A DNA stretch of 36,484 bases, from IMG/VR virus record IMGVR_UViG_3300032328_000071, positions 1 through 36,484 of that record; one strand, written 5' to 3'. Numbering within the stretch: position 1 is the stretch's first letter; every line of letters starts with the position of its first letter. The notes under the pieces were generated by a model. That model searched no databases, was not told where the DNA came from, and saw nothing but the letters and a program-made list of their open reading frames with translations. The translations under genes and the position numbers were made by a program. This stretch comes from a virus. Shown here in pieces: positions 6,590-12,732 of this stretch.

Positions 6590-6769
6590 ATGAAAACTGA
6601 AATACTTGAAAAAAGATGCGCTGAAGCCTTGCTTGGGTACGCTCAAACAATGGCAGATGCTTATACAACCGAACCAGAGGACTTTGATGCGGCTGTAACA
6701 GCTTTGCTTGCTAGAACGCTAGAACTCCATCTAAACCGAACAATTAACATAGAGAACCTTTACAAATGA
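6590..6769 (+). CDS. Small hypothetical protein (59 aa), first gene of the rightward operon; not in the ORF track
   Basis: Hand translation MKTEILEKRCAEALLGYAQTMADAYTTEPEDFDAAVTALLARTLELHLNRTINIENLYK. Its stop overlaps ATG 6766 (ATGA). No SD upstream. Confidence 0.5.
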   Translation: MKTEILEKRCAEALLGYAQTMADAYTTEPEDFDAAVTALLARTLELHLNRTINIENLYK

Positions 6770-7128
6770 CCCAAGAAGCAGTTATCAGAGCATTGCAAAA
6801 CGGCCCACTTACATCCTACCAAATAGAGGATTTAACAGGCATACCCAGACTTTCTATTGCAGCTTGTTGCACAAAGATGAGCTATAAGAAGAAATTAAAA
6901 ATTGGAAAGATTAAGATGGGCAGGTCATGGGTTTCTCAGTACACCTTAGCGCCACACATGATTGAGGCTGAAAAGGTAGAAGAGCCACGTGACTTTTTGA
7001 ACCCGTTTGACATCAGGAATGCACAAGGTATCTTTACTAAGGCTGAATATGCGACTATGAACGCCCAGGCTGTAAGATTGCTTGGCAGACAACCAACAAA
7101 TGAAATAACCAACAATCAATTTATTTGA
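6766..7128 (+). CDS. Winged-helix DNA-binding protein (possible early regulator)
   Basis: N-terminal VIRALQNGPLTSYQIEDLTGIPRLSIAACCTKM... is wHTH-like. Confidence 0.6.
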   Translation: MTQEAVIRALQNGPLTSYQIEDLTGIPRLSIAACCTKMSYKKKLKIGKIKMGRSWVSQYTLAPHMIEAEKVEEPRDFLNPFDIRNAQGIFTKAEYATMNAQAVRLLGRQPTNEITNNQFI

Positions 7129-7236
7129 TACAATGTTTTGAAACACGGCTAGATGGGGCTTGATCTCCCCATCGAAAAGCGAGCCTCTCCGCCTGCCGAT
7201 TGTTTCTTTCAGTAGAGGACTGAGCTAGGAAAAATC

Positions 7237-7953
7237 ATGCTATTGCAGCCTAAAAATTGGGCCGTCTTTCAACATTACAAAGACAGATGCCCCCCTTGGA
7301 TAAAACTTCATCGTGACCTGTTAAACGATAGGTCTTATATGCGCTTGCCTATTGCTAGCAAGGCACTAGCACCTATGCTCTGGTTGCTTGCAAGTGAATC
7401 AAAAGATGGTGTTTTTGATGGCTCACTAGATGAGCTAGTCTTTCGTTTACACGTCACGCCAAAAGAATATCAAGATGGAGTTAAGCCATTGATTGATAAC
7501 GACTTTTTCATACTTGTTAGCGGAGTGCTAGCAGAACGCAAGCAAGTTGCTATCCCAGAGACAGAGGGAGAGACAGAGACAAAGAAGAAGGCAACTATCG
7601 TTGCACCGCCTGAAGGCGTTTCTGATTCTGTTTGGCAGGAATTCAAATCTTTGAGGAAAGCCAAGAAAGCCCCGATAACCCAAAGAGCCATAGACAAGAT
7701 TTCAGAGGAAGCCAAATTAGCAGGTTGGACACTTGAGAAAGCCTTGGAGGAATGTATCGTGCGTGGTTGGCAAGCATTCAAAGCAGATTGGGTTGCGAAA
7801 AAAGGAAACCCTGCCGACAACATAAGGCTTACAGTTCCAGCATCAAATGAGCCTGACGCTGCGCTTGAGAAGATCAAGGCTGATGCAAAAATAACTCGCC
7901 CTCCAACACCTGAAGAAAGGGCAATTCTTAACTCTTATCGGAGAAAAGCATGA
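7237..7953 (+). CDS. Putative replication initiation / replisome-organiser protein
   Basis: N-terminal ...PPWIKLHRDLLND...LWLLASES... resembles phage replisome-organiser N-domains (from memory). A central acidic linker PETEGETETKKK separates two domains. Confidence 0.5.
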   Translation: MLLQPKNWAVFQHYKDRCPPWIKLHRDLLNDRSYMRLPIASKALAPMLWLLASESKDGVFDGSLDELVFRLHVTPKEYQDGVKPLIDNDFFILVSGVLAERKQVAIPETEGETETKKKATIVAPPEGVSDSVWQEFKSLRKAKKAPITQRAIDKISEEAKLAGWTLEKALEECIVRGWQAFKADWVAKKGNPADNIRLTVPASNEPDAALEKIKADAKITRPPTPEERAILNSYRRKA

Positions 7954-8078
7954 CTGAAGAAGAATGGAAAGTTATTGGTGAACTATTGGAAATCCTTAAA
8001 GAGAGATTTGATGACCAAGAACAAAGAATAAAAAATCTTGAGAAAACTATTCAATCTTTGCGGAAAGCCATCAAGTGA
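7950..8078 (+). CDS. Small coiled-coil protein (42 aa); not in the ORF track
   Basis: ATGA overlap with the upstream stop. Translation MTEEEWKVIGELLEILKERFDDQEQRIKNLEKTIQSLRKAIK. Confidence 0.45.
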   Translation: MTEEEWKVIGELLEILKERFDDQEQRIKNLEKTIQSLRKAIK

Positions 8079-8092
8079 ACTACTTTGAAGCC

Positions 8093-8185
8093 ATGAGACT
8101 GCTAGACAGAGTAAAAGAGGGCGTACCATATCCCGTACGTCTCATTACTGAAGCGTTAATCCTAACTGGTGACTTAGATGAGTAG
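8093..8185 (+). CDS. Small hypothetical protein (30 aa; 36 aa if GTG 8075 is used); not in the ORF track
   Basis: Translation MRLLDRVKEGVPYPVRLITEALILTGDLDE. Its TAG stop is the first triplet of the 18-mer motif at 8183. Confidence 0.3.
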   Translation: MRLLDRVKEGVPYPVRLITEALILTGDLDE

Positions 8186-8200
8186 GGTATATACCTATGG
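8183..8200 (+). promoter_or_regulatory. 18-mer TAGGGTATATACCTATGG, copy 1 (contains the 10-bp palindrome GGTATATACC)
   Basis: 17/18 identical to 10395..10412. It begins on a stop codon and ends with an ATG(G). Confidence 0.45.
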
Positions 8201-8409
8201 CATACAGTAGAAAAAACATCTCTAATGCAGGAGACAGAGTTGTTTTAGAGAAGGCCGAAGCAAGGGAGATATACCGAACTTGGCAATCAAACAGAGATAA
8301 CGATTTTGTTCGTGCCAGGCTTGAGCGTTGCGAAAAGGTCTATGGATCAGGAGCAAGAGATCGAGTCAGGACCTATATGTCAAGAATGAAAGAAGGACAA
8401 ATTGAATGA
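8197..8409 (+). CDS. Hypothetical protein (70 aa, basic)
   Basis: ATG lies inside the 18-mer. The stop TGA 8407-8409 overlaps ATG 8406. Confidence 0.7.
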   Translation: MAYSRKNISNAGDRVVLEKAEAREIYRTWQSNRDNDFVRARLERCEKVYGSGARDRVRTYMSRMKEGQIE

Positions 8410-9133
8410 GCTGGCTTTATTCGCAGGCGCTGGTGGAGGAATACTTGGGGGAAAACTTCTCGGATGGAGAACAGTCTGTGCCGTCGAGTGGGAAAAATAC
8501 CCAGCAAGCGTATTGTGCGCCCGACAAAATGACGGACTTCTCCCCCCTTTCCCAGTTTGGGATGACGTTCAAACCTTTGACGGAAGACCATGGAAAGGAA
8601 TTGTTGACGTTATATCTGGAGGCTTTCCGTGCCAAGACATCAGTTCAGCCGGAAAAGGAGCAGGAATTGATGGAGAACGATCAGGAATGTGGGGAGAAAT
8701 GGCACGGATCATTGGGGAAATACGACCAAGATACGTCTTTGTGGAAAACTCACCAATGCTCACTTCTAGGGGACTTGGACGAGTTCTCGGAGACCTGGCC
8801 GCGTTGGGGTTTGATGCGAAATGGGGAGTTTTGGGAGGTCAAGAGTTTGGCGCATCACATTCAAGGGACAGAATTTGGATTGTCGCATCCGACCCCATTA
8901 AAAACGGATCACTTCAAATTTCTCAGATTTCGCAAGGAGTCAGTATTGAAAAGCACGTTTGGGATGCACAGGAATTCAATCGCTTATTGGATGACTGTCA
9001 ACCATGGGAAGATACCAAGCGTGGAATGGATATATTGGGTGATGGGGTGGCCGAGTGGGTGGGCCAGTCTGAATGCCTTGGAAACGGCCAAATACCAATC
9101 GTGGCTGCAACGGCATGGAGAATCCTAAAATGA
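8402..9133 (+). CDS. DNA (cytosine-5)-methyltransferase, compact phage type (243 aa, TTG start)
   Basis: Motif I FAGAGGG (8420-8440). Motif IV GGFPCQDIS (8618-8644). Motif VI ENSP (8744-8755). Motif VIII SRDRIWIVA (8861-8887). Motif X LGNGQIPIVA (9077-9106). The stop overlaps the rusA ATG. Confidence 0.9.
   Translation: MNELALFAGAGGGILGGKLLGWRTVCAVEWEKYPASVLCARQNDGLLPPFPVWDDVQTFDGRPWKGIVDVISGGFPCQDISSAGKGAGIDGERSGMWGEMARIIGEIRPRYVFVENSPMLTSRGLGRVLGDLAALGFDAKWGVLGGQEFGASHSRDRIWIVASDPIKNGSLQISQISQGVSIEKHVWDAQEFNRLLDDCQPWEDTKRGMDILGDGVAEWVGQSECLGNGQIPIVAATAWRILK
8406..9128 (+). CDS. Alternative-frame ORF co-extensive with the methyltransferase gene (possible overprinted gene; coding status unproven)
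   Basis: 240 stop-free codons in the +1 frame. ATG start in ATGA overlap with the upstream gene. AAGGA (8393-8397) lies 8 nt upstream. See findings. Confidence 0.4.
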   Translation: MSWLYSQALVEEYLGENFSDGEQSVPSSGKNTQQAYCAPDKMTDFSPLSQFGMTFKPLTEDHGKELLTLYLEAFRAKTSVQPEKEQELMENDQECGEKWHGSLGKYDQDTSLWKTHQCSLLGDLDEFSETWPRWGLMRNGEFWEVKSLAHHIQGTEFGLSHPTPLKTDHFKFLRFRKESVLKSTFGMHRNSIAYWMTVNHGKIPSVEWIYWVMGWPSGWASLNALETAKYQSWLQRHGES

Positions 9134-9558
9134 CATTCATGGTAACTTTTAAAGTAGACGCTAACCCTGTTGGCAAACAAAGGGCTAGATACGTCAAGAG
9201 GGGAAACTTTGTGCAAACTTACACCCCTGAGAAAACTAGAACCTATGAAACCTTAATCAAGGATGCTGCAATTGAGGCAATGGGTAGCTCAGAACCACTA
9301 GAAACCCCTGTGAGCCTTTATTTGTATATAAGAGTACCAATCCCTAAGTCATGCACTAAAAAGCGTCTAGAAGCCATTTCTAATGGGTCAGAGAAGCCAA
9401 CAAAGAAGCCTGACGCAAGTAATATCCTAAAAAGCGTAGAAGATGGCATGAACGGGGTTGTCTACCATGACGACTCGCAGATCATAAACATCCACGTGAC
9501 CAAGGTTTATTCGAGTCTGCCAGGCGTTGATATTTGCGTTAAGGAGTGCTTGGAATGA
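9130..9558 (+). CDS. rusA: RusA-like Holliday junction resolvase
   Basis: From ATG 9130 (ATGA with the MTase stop). Typical RusA pattern ...PVGKQRARY...TYTPEKT..YE..I........P......V.L......P.P....KK........KPD..N..K...D..NGVVY.DD.QI. Confidence 0.82.
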   Translation: MTFMVTFKVDANPVGKQRARYVKRGNFVQTYTPEKTRTYETLIKDAAIEAMGSSEPLETPVSLYLYIRVPIPKSCTKKRLEAISNGSEKPTKKPDASNILKSVEDGMNGVVYHDDSQIINIHVTKVYSSLPGVDICVKECLE

Positions 9559-10397
9559 GAAACCCGTTTGAGATTACCGAACCTACTTGCATCAGCTTCT
9601 CGGGAGGCAGAACATCGGCATTTATGCTGTACAAGGTTTTAGAGGCTCACCAGATGAGCCTACCGCCCGAAGCAATCGTATGCTTTGCGAATACAGGCAA
9701 GGAGTGTGAGGAGACTTTGGAGTTTGTCCATGATTGCGAGACAAATTGGGGTGTCAAGATAAATTGGCTTGAGTACAAAGCCCATGAAACCCCAAAAGAT
9801 AGGTTTAGAGTAGTCAATTTTGAGACGGCAAGTCGAGATGGAGAGCCTTTCTTTGACTCAATTAACCAAAACGGCAAGCCATACCTACCTAATCCAGTTG
9901 CCAGGATCTGCACAATCAACATGAAGATTCGAGTCATTCACCATTATTTGAAGTCTTTGGGGTGGAAGCACAACGAAAACATGCATTGGGTGGGCATTCG
10001 GGCTGACGAACAACGAAGGGCAGCCAAGATTGACAGAAGCAGAACCCCACTTGTGGCGGCAGGAATTACCAAAGAACACGTTGGAGCGTTTTGGAAAAGC
10101 CATGCATTTGACCTTAAGTTGCCAAACAACAATGGGGTAACGATGCATGGAAATTGTGACTTGTGTTTTTTGAAGCCAGCTCACCAGATTCAGTCCCTAA
10201 TCCAAGAAAAACCCGAGAGGGCTTTGTGGTGGATGAAGATGGAAGCCCATGCCAATAGTTCTAACAAAACCTATGGAGACGGGGCAAAGTTCCGAAAAGA
10301 CCGCCCAAGTTATGCAGAAATGCACAAATATGCTTTAGCTCAGACAGATATGTTTGATAAAGATGAAGAGGGAATTGCTTGTTTTTGCGGAGACTAG
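9555..10397 (+). CDS. PAPS-reductase / ATP-pyrophosphatase (PP-loop) family protein with C-terminal Cys cluster
   Basis: PP-loop SFSGGRTS near the N-terminus. Cysteines at NCDLCF and ACFCGD. ATG 9555 follows AAGGAG (9541-9546) and overlaps the rusA stop. Confidence 0.8.
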   Translation: MRNPFEITEPTCISFSGGRTSAFMLYKVLEAHQMSLPPEAIVCFANTGKECEETLEFVHDCETNWGVKINWLEYKAHETPKDRFRVVNFETASRDGEPFFDSINQNGKPYLPNPVARICTINMKIRVIHHYLKSLGWKHNENMHWVGIRADEQRRAAKIDRSRTPLVAAGITKEHVGAFWKSHAFDLKLPNNNGVTMHGNCDLCFLKPAHQIQSLIQEKPERALWWMKMEAHANSSNKTYGDGAKFRKDRPSYAEMHKYALAQTDMFDKDEEGIACFCGD

Positions 10398-10412
10398 GGT
10401 AAATACCTATGG
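10395..10412 (+). promoter_or_regulatory. 18-mer TAGGGTAAATACCTATGG, copy 2
   Basis: It starts on the TAG stop of 9555..10397. Its ATG opens only a 10-codon mini-ORF (10410..10442). Confidence 0.45.
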
Positions 10413-10460
10413 TATTACGCAAGCAATTAGGTAAGATTTAATTTTTAACAGGAGTGAATC

Positions 10461-10697
10461 ATGGAAAAAACTTGGGAATTTGACACAACTACAGGTGCAG
10501 GTAGCGAGATTGTTACTGTCGTTTATGAGTATGAAAACGATGGAGAGACAACCTATAACGAATCCATCAAAGAAGTTTGGTTTGAGGGTAGAAACGTAAT
10601 AGGGCTATTCTCTGATGAGCAATTCAAAGAACTAGATATTGAAGCAGCAATGCGGTTTCAGAATCACAAACTCAACTACAAGCAGGAGGATGTATGA
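10461..10697 (+). CDS. Hypothetical protein (78 aa, acidic)
   Basis: AGGAG lies upstream. ATGA overlap with the next gene. Confidence 0.7.
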   Translation: MEKTWEFDTTTGAGSEIVTVVYEYENDGETTYNESIKEVWFEGRNVIGLFSDEQFKELDIEAAMRFQNHKLNYKQEDV

Positions 10698-10936
10698 CCA
10701 TAGAAGGCATTATCCGCATGGCAAAACAGGCAGGGTTTGCTGATGAAGAAATTGATACTTGTCAACAGATATTGATTCACTTTGCCAAACTAGTAGCAGA
10801 GCATGAACGTGAGGCGTGTGTAAGTATTGTTGATGAAGCAATAGATTTTTGGGTAAAAGGAGGCTATCCAGAAGGCGCAGAAGTCAGAGAGGCTATGAAT
10901 ATTGCAGAAGCTATTCAAGCAAGGGGGCAAGCATGA
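10694..10936 (+). CDS. Hypothetical protein (80 aa)
   Basis: ATGA overlaps at both ends. The ...FAKLVAEHEREACV...AIQARGQ pattern recurs in phage small proteins (from memory). Confidence 0.7.
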   Translation: MTIEGIIRMAKQAGFADEEIDTCQQILIHFAKLVAEHEREACVSIVDEAIDFWVKGGYPEGAEVREAMNIAEAIQARGQA

Positions 10937-11445
10937 AAAAAGAACTTCTCATTGGTTGCGGATCTAACCACACAAAGAAGATGGCAGTAGATGGAACGCC
11001 AACCTTTGATAACCTAACCACTCTGGACTACAACGCTGACCACAATCCAGACGTTTACTGGGACTTGATGAGTCTCCCACTGCCGTTTAAAGACAATGAG
11101 TTTGATGAAATCCATGCTTATCAGGTGCTAGAACACCTTGGGCAGCAGGGTGACTACAAACTATTCTTTGCCCAATTCTCAGAGTTCTGGCGACTTCTCA
11201 AGCCAAATGGTCATTTCCTTGCGACTTGCCCATCAAGAAGTTCAGTCTGGGCTTATGGTGATCCAAGCCATACAAGAATCATGCAGCTCGAACAACTGGT
11301 GTTTCTATCCCAAGATGAGTACAAGAGGCAGGTTGGCAGAACGCCCATGTCCGACTTCAGGAATATTTACAAAGCAGACTTTAAAACTGTCTTTCAAGAA
11401 GAGGACGATGACATCAGGTTTGTACTAAAAGCTATTAAGAATTGA
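10933..11445 (+). CDS. Class I SAM-dependent methyltransferase (170 aa; substrate unknown)
   Basis: From ATG 10933 (ATGA with the upstream stop). LLIGCGS...FDEIHAYQVLEHL...LKPNGHF is typical of the Methyltransf_11-like fold. Confidence 0.75.
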   Translation: MKKELLIGCGSNHTKKMAVDGTPTFDNLTTLDYNADHNPDVYWDLMSLPLPFKDNEFDEIHAYQVLEHLGQQGDYKLFFAQFSEFWRLLKPNGHFLATCPSRSSVWAYGDPSHTRIMQLEQLVFLSQDEYKRQVGRTPMSDFRNIYKADFKTVFQEEDDDIRFVLKAIKN

Positions 11446-11468
11446 TTCTGTAGCATATAATTCAAGCC

Positions 11469-11795
11469 ATGAAACAACGTGGCGGCTCAAGAAAAGGCGC
11501 TGGTCGCAAGAAGATCAGCGAAGAAGGTAGGACTATCCGAGCAAGGGTAGCTCCTATCCATGAGCAAGCATTGACCTTGGCAGGGAATGGTTCTTTGTCC
11601 GAAGGAATAAGACGTTTAGCAGAGAAGCATTGGAGATTGATTCATGGAGAGCAGCCCCGACAAAGCAATTCAGTATTTGATCGACACCGCACCCTTGTAC
11701 GCCCAAGCGAAGTCAGAGCGCCTGTACTTGGAGGAGTTCCGAAAGTCCAAGAAGGCTCACCTGATGAGCCAGGCAGGGACGGAAGTTCTGGGTAA
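11469..11795 (+). CDS. Basic protein, N-terminal part RHH/Arc-like; the 3' third overlaps the next gene out of frame
   Basis: MKQRGGSRKGAGRKKISEEGRTIRARVAP...LSEGIRRLAEKHW looks genuine. The last ~50 codons overlap 11644..11970, so the real end is uncertain. Confidence 0.45.
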   Translation: MKQRGGSRKGAGRKKISEEGRTIRARVAPIHEQALTLAGNGSLSEGIRRLAEKHWRLIHGEQPRQSNSVFDRHRTLVRPSEVRAPVLGGVPKVQEGSPDEPGRDGSSG

Positions 11796-11970
11796 ACAAG
11801 AAACCTTTGCCTATGCCCATGAGGAATATATCGAAGTGCTAGAGGGCATAAGAGCTGCCGTGGAAAAGGAAGAGAAGTATCGTTGGCTGATGACTGCTGC
11901 CCAAGCAAGGATCGAAGTCTGGAGAACAAACCAGTACTCAGCCAGAATGGAAATCAGGGCAACCCAATGA
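11644..11970 (+). CDS. Conserved phage protein of unknown function (108 aa)
   Basis: GGAG lies upstream. The ...AKSERLYLEEFRKSKKAHLM...IEVWRT... pattern is recalled from phage proteins near packaging genes. The stop overlaps ATG 11967. Confidence 0.7.
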   Translation: MESSPDKAIQYLIDTAPLYAQAKSERLYLEEFRKSKKAHLMSQAGTEVLGKQETFAYAHEEYIEVLEGIRAAVEKEEKYRWLMTAAQARIEVWRTNQYSARMEIRATQ

Positions 11971-12224
11971 ACAACAAGCTGAACAACAAGGAAAGATTCC
12001 ACCTGGCAAGGGTGAAGATGCTTCCCTGTTCAGTATGTGATAAATCAGGGCCATCAGAAGCTCATCACTACAAGCAAGGGCTTCAATACACCTGCATAGC
12101 CCTGTGCAAAGACTGCCATACAAACCCAACACTAGGATGGCATGGTCAGAAGAGAATGTGGCATATCAAGAAGATGGAAGAGCTTGATGCCTTAAACATC
12201 ACAATCCAAAGACTATTTGACTAA
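11967..12224 (+). CDS. HNH/Ref-like zinc-binding nuclease (85 aa)
   Basis: From ATG 11967 (ATGA). LPCSVC...EAHHYKQG...ALCKDCH...GWHG gives Cys pairs and His residues in the HNH/Ref arrangement. It is the last gene before the packaging region. Confidence 0.6.
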   Translation: MNNKLNNKERFHLARVKMLPCSVCDKSGPSEAHHYKQGLQYTCIALCKDCHTNPTLGWHGQKRMWHIKKMEELDALNITIQRLFD

Positions 12225-12317
12225 GACGTCAAAGTAAGCAAGTAGCCCAACACAAAGGGCTAATCCAAACCCAACAGCGGTTAACAGATCAAGTAAGTTA
12301 TCTTTAAAGTCTTTCAT
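12213..12317 (-). CDS. Possible small membrane peptide (34 aa); not in the ORF track
   Basis: Hand translation MKDFKDNLLDLLTAVGFGLALCVGLLAYFDVLVK. It lies about 75 nt downstream (leftward) of the second 15-mer copy, mirroring the geometry at 6457/6542. No clear SD. Confidence 0.25.
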   Translation of the reverse strand: MKDFKDNLLDLLTAVGFGLALCVGLLAYFDVLVK

Positions 12318-12356
12318 ATTCAAACCCATTTAGTAGACACGTTTAAGTCAAACGCA

Positions 12357-12490
12357 AAGAGATAGTAGCATTAAACAAAAGAAATAACATAGGGATAAAC
12401 CCTAATAAACTGTTTGATTTTGTAGCCACAATTAGAAAAAGAAAAGAAGAGATAGACCACTCCATGTTGTCCTCATCTCATAAGAGATAG
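12357..12490 (+). repeat. Three copies of AAGAGATAG (12357, 12447, 12482) in a purine-rich stretch; iteron-like
   Basis: Exact 9-mers read directly. Related ATAGAGA strings lie at 12491-12508 and 12554-12560. Confidence 0.6.
12393..12407. promoter_or_regulatory. 15-mer GGATAAACCCTAATA, copy 2
   Basis: Exact match to 6542..6556. Confidence 0.5.
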
Positions 12491-12610
12491 ATAGAGAGAA
12501 TACATAGAGGATATAAGGGATAAGGCATTGGGTTAGATAAGCATTAAAGAAACATAGAGAAACCTTTTAGAGGCCGATCTACTTACACCCTTTGCGCATC
12601 TGAGACAAAC

Positions 12611-12627
12611 TATGCATTTTTTGCATA
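12611..12627. promoter_or_regulatory. Palindrome TATGCA-ttttt-TGCATA
   Basis: 6-bp perfect inverted repeat with a T5 centre. Confidence 0.35.
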
Positions 12628-12670
12628 ACCTTTGGTCTAAGGGTTTCTACTGCTGTATGCCTGACCAGGT

Positions 12671-12705
12671 ACTGTATGGATACACAGGACTGTACGGATA
12701 GACAG
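12671..12705 (+). repeat. Tandem imperfect 17-mer ACTGTAYGGATASACAG x2 (18-nt period)
   Basis: actgtatggatacacag (12671-12687), then g, then actgtacggatagacag (12689-12705). 15/17 identical. Confidence 0.7.
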
Positions 12706-12732
12706 TAGGGTTAGTACGTAAGGGTAGGGTTT

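Noticed and set aside
7153-7215. 20-codon ORF in the 7129-7236 spacer, and a 17-codon ORF at 417
   Set aside because: They are too short, have no SD or coupling, and their sequence is dominated by the hairpin.
7470-7877. 135-aa minus-strand ORF inside the putative replication gene
   Set aside because: It is antisense to a gene with a coherent domain pattern. There are no start signals, and the composition is Ser/Ala-rich, typical of shadow ORFs.
8402-8440. Programmed frameshift joining frame B (ATG 8406) to the Dcm frame
   Set aside because: Dcm motif I starts at codon 7, so a shift would have to occur within about 5 codons. No X_XXY_YYZ slippery heptamer is present there. Independent TTG initiation is simpler.
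9073-9129. N-terminal extension of RusA given by the track
   Set aside because: It lies inside the methyltransferase gene. ATG 9130 gives the canonical RusA N-terminus and an ATGA overlap.
10849-10932. N-terminal extension of the SAM methyltransferase; likewise 11883..11966 for the HNH-like gene and 4448..4564 for MazG
   Set aside because: In each case an internal ATG forms an ATGA overlap with the upstream stop, and the extension is Arg/Ser-rich read-through of the neighbouring gene.
11138-11428. 96-aa same-strand alternative-frame ORF (TTG start) inside the SAM methyltransferase gene
   Set aside because: It has no ATG, SD or coupling and covers only part of the host gene. The translation has no recognisable pattern, unlike the 8406..9128 case.
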